A DNA stretch of 64,000 bases, taken from contig OZ024745.1 of the NCBI GenBank assembly GCA_964016885.1, positions 78,182,001 to 78,246,000 of the forward strand. Reading direction: 5' to 3'. The stretch comes from Eledone cirrhosa (taxonomy: Eukaryota). The notes beneath the pieces were generated by a model. It was not told the origin of the DNA. It did no database searches and worked only from the letters and a program-made list of their open reading frames with translations. This document shows positions 1 through 14,722 of the stretch, in pieces. A program made the translations under genes and the position numbers. Each line of letters begins with the position of its first letter. Position 1 is the first letter of the stretch.

Positions 1-232
1 TTAATGAGAAAGCCACTTACGTAATTTATTTCACTTTGATTAGTGTGTCATTTGACACCCCTCTGTTACAACGTCATCTTCACATTTCGTCTGAATTAGA
101 AGATATAAGAACACATAGTTATTTGGTTTTTCCTGCGGGGTGTAAGTGTACTTGAATGGTGTCCTGCAGGGAATAAAAAGATCTCACTGTCAGCAATTTG
201 CAACAACCAAATATAAAACCTACTACTACTAC

Positions 233-268
<36 letters not shown>

Positions 269-567
269 GTTTCAATGCCTTGCCACAAAAATATACAACG
301 AAGAGTTGAATCGTGTCGCGAACTCGGCTGTCCGGAAGCTTACTTGCGTTTAAGAGTGCTCACACATGTAAGGTATTACCAAACGTGTATAGAAGTGTAG
401 AATGAAAGCATGTAATGTTCATACGTTTCTCTGTATAATTAAATCGAAATAAATCGAAATAAAAAACCGGCTCATAGACTAATTTAGTTTACTATTTGCT
501 TTTGGAGCCTACCTAAGTAATATTGAATTAAATATGATTTTAGCATATTTCTTTTCGATAATAAATA

Positions 568-886
568 CTGGGTGTCCCTAAAGTTGCATAGGCAAAATGC
601 ATCTTTTGAATAAAATAAATTGAACAACGTTTTATTTAATTAAAATAGGAATAAATATCTTCAACATGATTTTCAACATTTGTGATGTAAAATTTGATGC
701 ATTTTGCGAGATTCACGTGAACCCGATGCATTAATTCCACATTTCCGTCAATTTGAGCACATTTATACATGATGCGTTTCCTCAAATCTTTAGCATACCC
801 CAGAAAGGAAGTCAATGGGACTAAGTTCTGGTGAGCGAGTAATAAATAGCGATATTTCCTGTGTCCAGACTTTAGGGACACTTTTG
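568..886 (-). mobile_element. Internally deleted Tc1/mariner-superfamily element (MITE) with a transposase C-terminal remnant
   Basis: Imperfect TIRs cTGGGTGTCCCTAAAGT / ACTTTAGGGACACttttg, flanked by TA on both sides. The minus strand reads, with a frameshift, RSPELSPIDF..WGYAKD..LRKRI..C..I....L.RV..N...CI....HVE, matching the SPDLxPxDFFLWGYxK motif of DDD mariner-like transposases. Confidence 0.75.
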
Positions 887-1643
887 TATTTCAAACCAAT
901 TTCAAACCATACATTCTTGTTACCGCTTATATCTGCAAAGAACAATTACGATCATTGCTAAGTTCAAATAGAAGTTTTGTTTCCTCTTGACTGATATTTT
1001 CCACATGTTACATATCCTTGCTATCAGTTTGATCCTTCCCTTGACAAAATAAAAAGAACAGAAAGAGGAACTGAAAATTACATTCTTGACACCATCAGAA
1101 ATGAAAACCTAAAGTATCCCGGATGCCGAATCCTTTGAGAAACGAAACTAGATTGTCTACAACAAAACTATATTACATATTTCCAAAGACAAAGAATTTT
1201 GTTATCGTCATCATTTAAGCCCTACCTTCCCAACGCTGTTCAGAGTTTGAGAGGTTATATTGACTATAACTTACGGGAACTATTAAATAACTATATAGGG
1301 AGCGATTTAAATAGAATAAGACCTCACCTCCCCAACTCTCCCTCATGCCTTTTCTCTATATCTACTTACCTACCCATCTAAATAACTACATTCTATTCTT
1401 CTTGTCGTCCCCCTTCTTCTTCCAACATACAAATAAACTATAAATGTTCTCAATTCAACAAATATGATAGTCGTATACTTGTTTTCTACAGAAAACAACA
1501 TTTTAGTAGCGATGGGATTGTATAGTAATAAATGCTAGAAACTTATCTACACATGATTTTTACATACAGTTACTTTGTGTTTGTGAGTGTTAGTGTACAT
1601 TGTGAGGTTATGTATATGTGTGTAGGATAGAGTTATGCATTCA

Positions 1644-1687
<44 letters not shown>

Positions 1688-3971
1688 CAGTATTTTATTG
1701 TCAAGAATTCAACTTGTATCACTCTAACAAGTGAGAGTTATTTAAATTCCAGCCCGTAAGTTGTGACAATAACTCAATTGTATTTACTTTTAGTGGATTT
1801 CGTAAAACCAAGGTGAATGATGGGTGACTGTGTCTGAACACTTCTTTAATTATATATTCTGGTTTATGCTTAGAAAGATTCTATATTTACAACATAAGTT
1901 CAGTTTCTCTTAAACACATCCTCATGTTTCTTTTCCTAAACACATGTTTCTTCCCTACCAAATGAATAATTTCACATACGCGGCAAATAATTTCGCTTAA
2001 ACAATAATTCAACATACAGTAATATGTAAATATTAATAATACATGTTTTACGTGAATAGTTAAATATTTGAAAGCATTGTGGAAGAATTATTTTAGTTAT
2101 CAAAAACACACAAAAACTTTTAACTTTATATCTATCACTTATTCATCGGTGTCAAACGTTTCGTCGAACTGCTTGTGACCGGGTCATTGACTCAGTTCCA
2201 CTTCAACTCATTTTGTTTTTAAATCACAATGTATGAAATATAAATTTCTTAATTATTATCATGATCATTTCTTATAAGACCTCGTTCTTATAATAAGGTT
2301 TTTTTGTTTTTTTTTTATCGTTTTTCTGATTTGTAAAACAAGTACCTATCATGTACTGAGTCTGGAAATGTATGGTCTTCCAATAATAGTAAATGAAAAC
2401 ATTAATTAAATACTTAATTAATTAGAATAATGATAATAATAAGAAGAGGTGAAAGAAATAGCAAAGTTCTGTTGGCTTTCGAATATAAAGGCAGAATGGA
2501 ATCACTTACAAACATATACTGTTTGCACTATATGTAAAGCGGAGCGGAAGAATAAATATAAGTTTTATTAAGATACATATAATATATAAACACATTTTTG
2601 TGAATTATAGCAGAAGGTTATGAGTAGCCAAGGTATAGTAATTTCAATCTCATCAGCGGTGTCATCAGACAAGAAGTAACTGAAGTCACAACGATATTCA
2701 GCCTTCCAGTGGTGACTATCCCTCAACATTCTGTATCTAGAATTATCGTATCTAATCTCTCTCTAATCCTTTAAGGCTGTATGGCGTGATTTGAGGGAGG
2801 TTTTGCTGCTGTCTTTCGCAAGTTGAGTAACTGAATAGAGGATCTTTCGTTCACTAGATTAATTGACAGGCGGTTTTATTTCATCAACAAAAAATATAAT
2901 CCTCAATTTTAGGCATATACCTGTGTATACTCTCAAGACATTTACCACGGTTGAACCTTTCGACTGACGCCAAAAACTCGTGAAAGGAAGCCGAAGGCAA
3001 AAAACGGAATGATATAAATAATTTTTCTAATGCTGATACCTCTTTCCTAAATGTATCAAAGGAAATCTATTGCTTAGATCTTCCTCCTGAAACCCATCTA
3101 TAAAATGATAGTAAGAGTTTAGCTAGATTAATTTGAAACTAATGTTGCTTCTACTAACCATTCACACTTCAGTAAGGAACGTGATTAAAGTGTTAATGAT
3201 GATACTGATCAGTGTATCTAAACTTAATATGGAAGAGATAATACTGCAATAAGATATTTACCTATCTTCTGTTTTGAAATTCTACACAGATTAGAGTGGT
3301 GCATCTTGATACATCTGTTAGTTATGTAATACAAGAAATATAATCCAATGGTTAAAAAATATTTTTTCGGTTCTTAATGTATAGCTAATAAAAATCATTA
3401 GTTGCCTGGTGTATTCGGGTTCACTAGACAGTAAGACAACTAATCGGACGATTTGACTTCAAATGCAACAGAAAGCCTCACCTTTGTAGATATCTTCTTG
3501 TTTCTATCACTGTTGCCAACGTCATGCTATGAAGCATTATGCTATGTTAATAGATTGAAGCATTATGCTATGTTAATAGATGATATTTCCCCATCCTTCC
3601 ATTATGAATTCATCTACTGTGTTCGTAGAAATTAGCTGAAGCTCAAAATACTTTAAATGGTGCTTCTGTTGGGATATTTTTCATTCTTTGTATTTAAATC
3701 AATTAAAATAACATTGGCTGTAATGATAATTCTTGTCAAAGGCAAACACCCGAAAATTTAAATTGATTACAAATTCAGTGAATACAAGCATTGGTATCAA
3801 TGCATCACAAAAGAATAGCACTAAGTTTAATGCAGTCAGTCATTCAGCTATAGTTCAGTATGACAAGGTGAAAAACAAGTTATTATACGGGTAAAACTGT
3901 ATTTCTTATATATATATAGAGAGGGAGAGAAAGAGGGGGGGGGGGGGGTAGTCCCACAATAAATTAGTAAA

Positions 3972-4022
3972 CCATACTCGAGAACGCGCGTTTCACCGAA
4001 TGGATTTTCAACCCGTGTATGG
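3972..4022 (-). ncRNA. Degenerate type-I hammerhead ribozyme motif (family B, core mutated)
   Basis: Minus strand: ccatacacggg-TTGAAAA-tccattcggt-GAAA-cgcgcg-TT-ctcgagtatgg. Long stem I and palindromic stem III are present; the core is altered from CTGAAGA. The 3' side matches the copies at 15382 and 23716. Confidence 0.5.
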
Positions 4023-4089
4023 CTGCGGTAAGAACTTTCGTTTGCTAATTTGTTCTACTCACTACGGATATAGCCTCACGGTTTTTTAC

Positions 4090-4137
<48 letters not shown>

Positions 4138-4259
4138 TTGCTGGAATCTATTCTAGTAAATAACATGCTAGACTTTGAGTCTAGCTTCATCTATCAGAAC
4201 CTGTAGAATTGAGAAAAATAAATGTTAAAATATGAAGAGATAGATAGAAAGAGACAAAT

Positions 4260-4303
<44 letters not shown>

Positions 4304-5234
4304 CGTTGGTAATACACACGTTCAAGGTTGGCGCAGAAATAGGGAGCGGTGTGCAAAAGAAACGGTTAGATTGTATAAAAATAAATGCACGATGGAAGAA
4401 AAAGTAAAATCATGTTTCCGTGAATTGGTTGCTCATATATATAAATAAGAATAGATGTGGCTATGAGTGTGTATGTATATGTATGGTTTGATGGCCTTTC
4501 AAGAAGTGTATATCAAAAAGAAAAAATATGGAAAATGTTGACGAGTATATAAGCTTCGATATAGCATTCACATCTGGAGGCAGTTTGATCCTTTAATAGA
4601 ACAGTAGCAAATAGCTCCCCTTGTGAAACTTCGTGTACTTTTTTTTCTTTAAGTAATTAGATAACTGCTTATTTAAGACAAAGAAGATTGTTTCCCAGCC
4701 CCTTCCCTTCTTTCTAGTTTTCTCATATGTTCTGTTTTTATTTTGTTTCTTGTTCTTACCACAGTGGTTTCATTATTTTATGTCTGTAGTTGAACTTTCT
4801 ATGTACGCGTCACGTCTTTCTGCTTTAAGTGTATTTAAGTCTAAACATCAGATTCTTCTAATGTCGATGATCAAATACAATCAAGTAACTGTTAAATGTG
4901 GCGAAAGTTAACATCATATTTAAAGAAAAAACTTTCACTAATGCAATAATTCTATTCTAGGCATATAGATCGTCTCTTCAGCAAACTTCCATGCTAAATA
5001 CTGCTGGTATTAAACAAGAATTTTAACTATACACATAATGTCCACGTCGTATTTGTAGGAAACAGTAAAACTAAATCTGTATAAATATTCTGTTCATATT
5101 ATATGTGAGTTGGAATTCAGTCGGTTCCGATGACGAGTGTTCCACCAACTCATAAAATTTAGGTGAAGGTGGCTAAGATTTCCACAGACACATGTACCCT
5201 CAACGTACATCTCAGGGAGATTCAGCACGACACA

Positions 5235-5400
5235 AGATGTTAAAGGCTGGCCCTTTAAATTACAGACGCAGCCCATTCTTACTAGCTGAATGGACTGGAG
5301 CAATGTAAAATAAAGTCTCCTGCTCATTGGTACAACGAACTACCAAGTATCAAACTCGCGACCTTATGGTTGTGGACAGAACACTCTAACCTTGTACCTT
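5235..5400 (-). mobile_element. Old tRNA-derived SINE fragment
   Basis: The reverse complement resembles the 37381/38229 SINE body (ggttagagtgtt...ttgctccagtccattcagct). Confidence 0.45.
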
Positions 5401-6071
5401 CACACAGGGCAACAGTGGTAACTACTGCACTTTCTTCCCAATTTATAATATGAATGACGACGGCTAGCCATTCATAGATGAAAATAAGGAATCAGGTTGT
5501 AGAAAGGTAATATATATAGGAAGATGCACCGTTCAATGAGCTCATTCAATGTGCTACAAAGAGCCCCAGAATATCGCCCAAACACTATGTCGAAAACGAA
5601 AACTAAATGGTCAAGCCTGATACTTCTTTGAGCATAAGAATTCTGTGAGTGTTTTTTCATAACAAAGTTTGAAGTTAAATAAGAAAAAAAGGCGAGGAAT
5701 GTACCATGCAATCGCTTAACATTGTGAAACCTACTGTATGCCCCAGAACATCTTTCCAACATCTTTCCACAGAATCTGTGGGGGGTAAAAAATCTAGGAC
5801 AATTTTGTTTTTAATGAGCAATTAATTCTTTCCATTTCACACCCACTAATGTGGAATAAATAAATTAATTAATAAATTTAGATAATCACCAGATTACAGA
5901 ATTGTTCAAAAAGATAGCAAAGATGTTATGATAATGGGGGATTATGGTTTCAAATAATTTAAATCCTTCTGTCTACTAATTGAATTACAAAAATAGCAGC
6001 GAAATCTTTCTCTATTTGAATCCTACTGAATTGGGGTGGCGCCACGGACAAGGTAGTCTTAGATATATAAT

Positions 6072-6256
6072 TGTTTCTACTTTAGGCACAAGGCCAGCAA
6101 TTACCCAGTGCATTACTGGTACTTTATTTTATCGACCTCGTAAGGATGAAAGGCTAAGTCAACCTCGGCGGGATTTGAACTCAGATCGTAAAGGGATGTA
6201 ACTATGCTGGAAAGCATGGCGTCCGACTCTCTACCGATACTGCCAATCTACCGCCC
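6072..6256 (-). mobile_element. tRNA-derived SINE, family 1, full length with TSD
   Basis: A-box-like TGGCAGTATCGGTAG and B-box-like GAGTTCAAATCC on the minus strand; central ctttcatccttacgRggtcgataaaataaagtaccag block; 17-bp direct repeat agtcttagatatataat at 6055-6071 and 6257-6273. Confidence 0.9.
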
Positions 6257-7486
6257 AGTCTTAGATATATAATGGAAGGGATATAGTTGGAGCGGTTGAG
6301 CATGTACTAAGAAACAACTTGTATCAACAGATGGAATGATAAAGCTTAGTATACTAGATCACCGCTTAACTATATGATTATAGCACTTTATATCATTATA
6401 TGATATGTATATTAGAATTATTGCTTTTTATGTTGGTGTAAAGTTGGTAAATTCATATTTTCTATTAAAAAACACGAATGTTAGGTAATGTGGGATTTAT
6501 AGTATTTACGTTTAACGACAATTAACATTTCATGATTAAGAAGAGTGTTCCAGCAGGAGTTACATACCATTTAATTCAATATATTGTTCAGTTAGGAGCC
6601 TAGATGTTTGAATGTATTATAGAGTTAATGAGGTATCGATAAGAAATTTAGACAACTATATTTATTAGTCAGGGAAGGAAAAGCATCCTCCATGACTATT
6701 TTCAAGGGTCTCCTTGACAGGTAGGGAAAAGAAAAAAGTCAATATTATCTTCAGAACAAAGACATAGCTAATTTCAATGAACTTTCTAAAGAGCTGCTAT
6801 TGCTGGGTTGCTTTGGTCAGCTCCGTTCCAGCAGATATATATGCTGTTGATCAATCAAAATATTCATGTCGTTATTGGCCACTATATTAGCTAAACTTTA
6901 GGACTTAAGATATTGTAATCTCTGTTCTAAAAGCAATAGATAGTTTAAGAGAATTCTTTTTTCTATAAGTCTTTTCGGTGAGATTTGGCTTCTATAAATT
7001 GCTGTAAAGAATTAACTATAATGACGCAGACACTGTTGTAGTATGTAATAGGAAACAAACAGCAAATATCTCAGTAGCACTTATAAAATTTAGTAATGTG
7101 TCAGACTAATTTGCACAATTCTATTGACAGTGTGAACTCCTCGCGCATGAACCGAGAAACTAATTGCATATTAATTACGGTCCCTTAAACATTCTAAACT
7201 GTAGATAATAGAAATGTTATTTTATTAATAGATGAAACTGATGTGCATGAACAGTAGAGACAAAAAAATCTGGATCAGCCGTGTTTGAGACCAGGTTTCG
7301 ATTGCTACTTAAAGCTCAAACCCCTTATATATACGCTCTGCTAACTCTCTAGCCCACTAAATATTAACACTTCGAATATTTAATACTGCCGGCACTAGTA
7401 TCGAGCACCTTTGGCATACGCTACTTGGCAAATAACTATATGTATCACCTATCCCTCCTTTTTTTCTCTCTTTCTCGATACGTAAA

Positions 7487-7523
<37 letters not shown>

Positions 7524-7526
<3 letters not shown>

Positions 7527-7944
7527 ATAATAATAGATTTGAAGACTATAATCCAAAGAGGGCTCGATAACGATAAATATATATCAAATATATAAGAACC
7601 GTAGAGCAAATATTTATTAAAATAACAGATTAAAGTTTAAGCAAAGAATCGCTGCTTTCACCCTTAACGGGATCTTCTGAAACTAACAAAGTCAATCTGT
7701 GAACGCAGAAGTGGATATTTCAAAAAACGTTGCAACCGGAGGAAGACAGGAAGACGATACTTTGGTTCGTGGAAACGTTCGCTGGCAAAGAACGGGAAAA
7801 AAACAGATAAAATAGGGATACATGATATGAAGGTTAAAAAACACTTGTGAATAGTGGAGTTTTAAATCAACATATGTTAATTTAAAACTTCACTATTCAC
7901 AAGTGTTTTTTAACCTTCATATCATGTATCCCTATTTTATCTGA
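7524..7944 (-). mobile_element. TA-flanked Penelope pLTR-like repeat (family D) ending in a ~140-bp palindrome
   Basis: Shares sequence with 20052-20215 and, inverted, with 25806-25939. Contains a hammerhead-like cAgaaga-tcccgttaagggt-gaaa on the minus strand. 7804-7944 is a near-perfect palindrome. Confidence 0.55.
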
Positions 7945-8034
7945 TGAGAACGCAGATATCATCCCATGATGATATTTGTTTTTTGAAATGCGCATAATAA
8001 AATACTTGGAACTCTTTTAACCATCTTTTGATCT

Positions 8035-8088
<54 letters not shown>

Positions 8089-8982
8089 CATTTTAAGAAG
8101 CGTTGAGTGATTTGTGAATTTCGAAAGTGTTAGCATAGAGTTAAATGCGTCAACTCAGGTTTTGAACAATGAAAGATAGTTGAACAATTTGAGCATATAA
8201 GCATTAGCTTTTCCCTTCTAAACATAAGAGGATAGTTTTAACATTGTAAATCAGAACCTGAGCCATTAATTGTCGAGGATCAAGTTAGAGAGTTATTAGT
8301 TGAAATAAATCTTATTGCCTTATATCACACGTATACAAATGTATTTCATACAAACTTGTTATGTATAATCTATACATAAACGGCTGAGGATACACGCATC
8401 ACACGCACCAATACACATATAAATACATTATTCTGTATAATAAGAATACATTTTGTGTCTCAAATGCAGAGCTTATGAGATATTGGCTTGAGCATTTAAA
8501 ATGTTCTCCATTCCATACATATTTTTCAGCTCATATCAAAATGTCAACATGTAATTAACAACAGCAATAGAAATAAAAATAATAAAGACTTCTTTTATTG
8601 AAATATTTCAATGTAATAGCCAACTCTCTCTCTCTCTCTCTCTCTCTCACTCACTCACTCACTCACTCACTCACTCACTCACTCACTCACTCACTCACTC
8701 ACTCTCTCTCTTTCTCTCTTTCTCTCTCTCTCTGTATATGCATATATATATATATATATATGCATGCATACATACATACATACATGTGAGTTTGTGTGTG
8801 TGTGTGTACGCGTGTGTATGAGTTGACGTCTGTTGGTGTGTGATTGTGAAAAAGTATTTATGTATGTATGTACGCATAATTCTGAATATATATCCATTTC
8901 TATAACCCTTCTCCAACTGGTCAGCTGCCGCCAGAATTGATCTCAATTGAATTAGTTTTCGTCTTGTTAAGACATTTTTAAT

Positions 8983-9157
8983 TGTTTCTACTTTCGGCAC
9001 AAGGCCAGCAATTACCCAGTGCATTACTGGTACTTTATTTTATCGACCCCGTAAGGATGAAAGGCAAAGTCAACCTCGGCGGGATTTGAACTCAGATCGT
9101 AAAGGGACGTAACTATGCTGGAAAGCATGGCGTCCGACCCTCTACCGATACTGCCAA
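8983..9157 (-). mobile_element. SINE family 1 with TSD
   Basis: Same sequence as 6072-6256; 16-bp direct repeat ttaagacatttttaat on both sides. Confidence 0.9.
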
Positions 9158-9264
9158 TTAAGACATTTTTAATGACCGCCAAATAGATATTGAGACTGTC
9201 TCCGTATTTGTGGGTTGTATTTGTATAGATTACTCTTGGATTCAAATAACACACTCATGCATCC

Positions 9265-9337
<73 letters not shown>

Positions 9338-9469
9338 CAACACATATTCGCAAATACGCAGCACACATATATACACATGCATATTTTTCTTGAAATGCCT
9401 TCGCTAACTTCCGGCATTTATAACAGACGGCTGATTGAAGTGATACTTGCACACACATACGTTGATATC

Positions 9470-9483
<14 letters not shown>

Positions 9484-9515
<32 letters not shown>

Positions 9516-9525
9516 ATATATATAT

Positions 9526-9573
<48 letters not shown>

Positions 9574-9711
9574 CATATACATATATGTATATATATACAC
9601 GCACATATATATTATATATATATATATATATTCATATACATATATATATATATACACACACATATATATATTATATATATATATACATATATATATATAT
9701 ACACACACATA

Positions 9712-9745
<34 letters not shown>

Positions 9746-9895
9746 TCATATACATATATATATATATATACACACATATATATATTATATATATATATAC
9801 ATATATATATATATTTACACACACATATATATATTATATATATATATATATTATATATATATATATACATATATATATATACACACACACATATA

Positions 9896-9947
<52 letters not shown>

Positions 9948-10075
9948 TATACATACAGATATATAAATACATACATATATAAATACATACATATATATAC
10001 ATATATATATATAAATACATACATATATATATATATACATATACATTATATATATACATATATATATATACATAC

Positions 10076-10110
<35 letters not shown>
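9484..10110. repeat. Compound (TA)n/(CA)n/(TG)n microsatellite
   Basis: Seen directly in the sequence. Confidence 0.95.
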
Positions 10111-10111
<1 letters not shown>

Positions 10112-13100
10112 TGTGTTACTGTTTGTTAATTATTCAGCATTTATATAGGAAATAATTAGGTTCACTATTGTATTTCAACAAGTGCCTCATATAATGAAAT
10201 CATTCATTCACCAACATCAGTGGGAAATTGTTTTAACCGAGATTAAAATCTGCTGAAAAAGCGTCAAATAGTTGTACCATCGGGTGGGTCTTTCTAAACC
10301 CTTAGCTTAATCAGACAAGCATAACACATCTTTATTTAATCCCAGAATTTCTATACGAAATGGGATATATATTACAAATCATAATATAATTCTATCAAAT
10401 CCTTTTTCTCTTTTTGTGTTGTTTTAAATGTTTTGTTTTGTTTTCTGTATGTATTTATTTTGTATTCAGACACGTAAACATTATATCTGCATGTGTATGT
10501 GCATGTATTTCTGTGTGTTGCATTTTTGACATTGTTATCTATGAACGCATGCATGTATGTATGAATCTATGCATAAATGCTATGTATTTGTGTATTTATG
10601 TACATATGAATGTGTATATATGATTAGGAGACTTCTCCCCATTTATCGAATAGAGATTAGAATTTTTAATCAGTGCTGTATGGAGATCTCCATCCCACTC
10701 CGTCTTCGCGCATTTCACTCTCCTCAACTCGGACGTCGTGTTGCTGAAGCCTTTCGCTTTGGTAGCACCCGTTATTCTTCCAGTAGTGGAAATGCAATTC
10801 AACAAGGATGAAATTTAGTTTGTTCTGTTACTAGCATCATTGGTCATACAGTAGAAAGATTTACTAGAGCTTCAACTTTGGTTGTCTTACTCAAGTAGGT
10901 CTTTCAATATTTACTTCGTTTCCCCGTGACGGTATCGAAGTTGGATTGCACGCTAAAAACGAAGAAATCGAATTTTTTTCAATAAATTGTAATTAGAAAA
11001 GACGACCAGAGAGATTTGCCTTATCATGTGTCTCAAAATGTTTTATAAAGCAAGCATAAACTACATTTAATTCCAATACATTTTTAAGGGCTAAACATTA
11101 TTATTGAAAGGGTATTGCTAGCTGTGCAAAAGTAGTGTCCGCTGCTCCAAAGCTACGCAAATAAGAAAAGGTGACCTTTTTCCGAATTATGTCTGTAAAT
11201 TCGGGTCGTTGCTTAAATTCTATTGTCTTACCATCCATGATAATTTCCATGACTCTTAACGTATTTCCCCACATTGTATTCGTCTTTAGTATGGGGTGCG
11301 TTTAACATCCAGAGAAAATTATTGTGAGTGGTATGTCATTTCCCAAGCGATATTATTTGATCTTGCTATCTGTCCGTTCAATAAATAGAAAAGATTAATA
11401 ATGTCATTCCTTGTTTCTATTAAGTGAGCCAGGTAGACTCACGGTTTGAAATTAAGTGTTTTAGTCATGGGCACAATGCCGAGCTGGAGAGAGGATGCAA
11501 ACCGACGGACGACGTTTTTAGCTATTTGTTTAGTAGTTTCGACACGGTCACCTATCCTTACTCTGCTTAAATAACACCTTTGTAAATGAGACAACTCAGT
11601 AATTGCACTATCTGTCTGCGAATGCAAGTAGACAGCCCAGAGTTTTAAGTTTCATACCAAAATATACAAAATCTTAGTATATCAATAGACACAAAGAAAC
11701 GAATAGTTCTGCATACTGACTGAAAATATGTCAATGTCACGTATTTGGTAGGAAAAAGATACCATACATGCACACTGAACAAAAGAATGGGTGGCAAGAA
11801 CAGAGTTTTAATAATATGGAAGATGACTGTGCATCATGTTATAGAAACAATTTACACAACACTCAGACATCATTGTTAAGATTTGTAGATTCAAAAGAGT
11901 CTATTTACATATATGTCAATCATAATAGATGAAAATATCTCATTGCAAGAATTGAAGAATTATTCTGCATATAAAACAAAGACTTGTAAGTGAACGCATG
12001 GAGTCTAGTAAAACAAAAAAATAAAGGCCTGCATAGAAATATTTGGCAAGGTACCAACATTACAGAAAATGCAAATGTAATGTTACAAGGCGCCATACGC
12101 TCGTCAGTGAAAGAAAAGATAATCAAAACATAAATATATCAGCATTATGTACAAGGAGCTAAACCTGAGGATTCCATCGAAACGCACAATATTGCAAATA
12201 AATGTCGATGATAATGTCTTAACAGAAGCACAAAACGTTATATTTTTATAGGGAGTGGTCGTGCCAGTTTAATCATTGACCTCTGTCGTCGATTTGTACA
12301 TTTTTTTTCAATAACGGGAATGAACGATAAATTTATTTTGTTGAGTCGCCCTCTATCTGTTGTACAACCCAGTTTTTCGTTAAAATATTGATAATAAAAC
12401 AAGAACAAGAGAGCACGTTTTAGCTAAGAAATCTACACGATTATATTTACAAAACTAGTAAACTAGCGCAAAATGTTTAAGAATGAAAGTAGAAACTAAA
12501 TCGCTCGAAAATAATTTCTTACCGAGAGTTAACATATACAATTTAACCCAATTTATATTGAACGCAGTAATAGCTATAAATCTCTATAATGATTTCCATG
12601 GTACAATTCTCCAATTTTGTAGGAGAGGGATATGAGATGAGGTGGGAAAGGTTGTAAATTTTCTTTGATAACTTTAGTGGTACAAAAGTCAATTAAACAG
12701 CGAAAAATATGCAGTTATCATGTGGGGGAAAATATAAACATTTTACTAGTTGGAAATAATTGTTTTAAAAGAAACTTTATAGTCCGTGGATATTTGCTAA
12801 ATCAAAACAGTACATTAGTTCATTATAGTTTTGTGGATTATTTTTGATACTCTCTTTGTTAAGAGAGATATTTTGAGATACGTTTCAATTCTAGCCAACT
12901 GTAGCAAGAGCACCGTTATAAAATAAAATGGATATGACGAATCAATCGAGCAAATAACGATTAAGTAATTACGATTTCACTACTAAAATATTAATGAAAC
13001 TCTGAACATCGGGTAGTTTACTTTCATTATTTTCAGTTGAATACGGAGTCGATGAAATAAAGTACCAATCAAATAAATATTGGCGTCGATATAATAGACT

Positions 13101-13137
13101 ATCCCTTCTCTCTTGTGCTTATTTTCTGTTGAGTAAA

Positions 13138-13323
13138 GGTGGTGGATTGGCAGAATCGGTAGAGCGTTGAAGAAAATACGTTGTGGTATACGCCTATGCC
13201 AACTTTACGTTTCATCTTCTCGGAATCAATAAAATAAAATACCAGTTAAGTACTAGAATCAATATAATCGACTCTCCATACCCCACAATTGCTGGCTTTC
13301 TGCCAAAATTAAAAACCATTATT
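13138..13323 (+). mobile_element. Diverged SINE family 1 copy just upstream of the collagen exon
   Basis: ggtggtggattggcagaatcggtagagcg ... taaaataaaataccag ... aattgctggc ... aaaccattatt. Confidence 0.65.
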
Positions 13324-13402
13324 TTCTGTTGATTTTAATGCTAACTAATTATATTTTCTGCATTGGATTTCTGAATGAATTTTTTCTTTTTTTCTTTTAC
13401 AG

Positions 13403-13968
13403 AAGGCTTATTACCGTTGAATTCAGAACATGTCGACATGTTAGGAGTTATTGGAATCCCATCAGATCCCGTGAGATTCTCGACGGGGATGGATTACTTC
13501 CCAGCCTTCAGATTGCTCGGCAAAACAGAATTCAAAGACAATGCTAATCAACTATTCGGGAACAAAGTCATTAATGACTTTGCTTTAACAATGGTCATTC
13601 ATATTGAAACAAAAGACCCTAGTTTTATCTTTGCAGTCCTAGACCCTACCGCTTCAATTATACAGATTGGTGTGAGTATTTCATCAAACAGACTAGGCAA
13701 TAAACAAAACATATCGCTATACTATACACCGATCCCTGCAAATTCAAATACAGCTTCGTCTTCAAAGATACTGGCTAGCTTCAATCTTGAAAACTTGCTC
13801 AATAACTGGGCGCGTATTAGCTTCATGGTAAAAGATGATATTGTAGAAATATATTTAAATGGAACGAGAAAAGGAAGAAACCAAGTCAACAGGGAACCAC
13901 TGGTTCTTGAAGATGCATCTTCAATCTACATCGGAGGTAATGGACCATCCAAGAAAAATATGTTCGTT
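13403..13968 (+). CDS. COL18A1: Collagen XV/XVIII (multiplexin)-like gene: internal exon encoding most of the N-terminal TSPN/laminin-G-like domain
   Basis: Polypyrimidine tract and ttttacAG acceptor ending at 13402; GTAAGT donor at 13969; open frame, phase 1 to phase 0. The translation (VDMLGVIGIP..VRFSTGMDYFPAF..FIFAVLDP...IQIGV..ISLYYT..ILASF..NNWARISFMV..VEIYLN..SSIYIGGNG..F) matches the multiplexin TSPN pattern as I recall it. Orthology to collagen XV versus XVIII cannot be resolved. Confidence 0.85.
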
Positions 13969-14634
13969 GTAAGTATATATTTACTTCTAATTGTCAACTG
14001 CCTTGATTATACAATACGAACACACTCACACATGCACACATACACATAACTATATATATGGGGGGGGGGGGGGGGGTGACAGAAAGTTTAAGGAGCTTGC
14101 CTCACAATCATTAGGTCCAATTTGCGATCCCGCTGTTTGACATTTTGGTAGGCAAGTGTTGTCTGAATTTCTGTTTCAACAAAAACAATCCATTGTAGCG
14201 CAAATACAATCCATTTTGCTGAGAGCAAAGTAGCTTATTTTATCAATAATTTGTATCCATTTATGGGAATATATAGAAAAAACTAATGACAATCTGCACA
14301 AACAAACACGTGTATAAATAATACCAAAACAAACACATATAAGCTTACACTATGGAGGGATTATACGAGTAATGTAAAATTTTAAAATCAACTCTTGTAC
14401 GGAAATGGCATTTTATTTATCGGCCATGAAATGGTGAAAGGCCAAAAGCTGAAAGGAACACTACGAGACATTCTATCCGATGCTCAGAATCCATCCAGTT
14501 CAAAATACTTCCGCTCACATAATAACCATAAACGAGTTGATAATCCTCAAAGTATAGTTGGGTAATTATTGTTAAATTAACTCTATACCCAACTCATCCT
14601 TTCGACTAAATATAACCTTCGGATTTTTCACTAC

Positions 14635-14722
<88 letters not shown>

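Noticed and set aside
6072-6256. tRNA genes at the A/B-box-containing repeats
   Set aside because: No complete cloverleaf; many diverged copies with TSDs and tails identify them as SINEs.
7645-7685. Family D cAgaaga...gaaa motif as a functional hammerhead
   Set aside because: Both copies (7.7 kb and 20.1 kb) have CAGAAGA rather than CTGANGA, and there is no clear UH or stem I. Kept only as hammerhead-like.
10596-10940. Possible Gypsy integrase remnant on the minus strand (..DLHTAL....GEKSP)
   Set aside because: The similarity is too weak to support without a profile search.
1-13400. Signal-peptide or first exon of the collagen gene
   Set aside because: No convincing ATG plus hydrophobic leader ending in a phase-1 donor was found; it probably lies upstream of the window or I could not detect it by eye.
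13375-14049. The 224-aa ORF taken as a complete gene
   Set aside because: Its N-terminus (MNFFFFSFT) is the polypyrimidine tract and its C-terminus is read-through past the GTAAGT donor. Only 13403-13968 is exonic.
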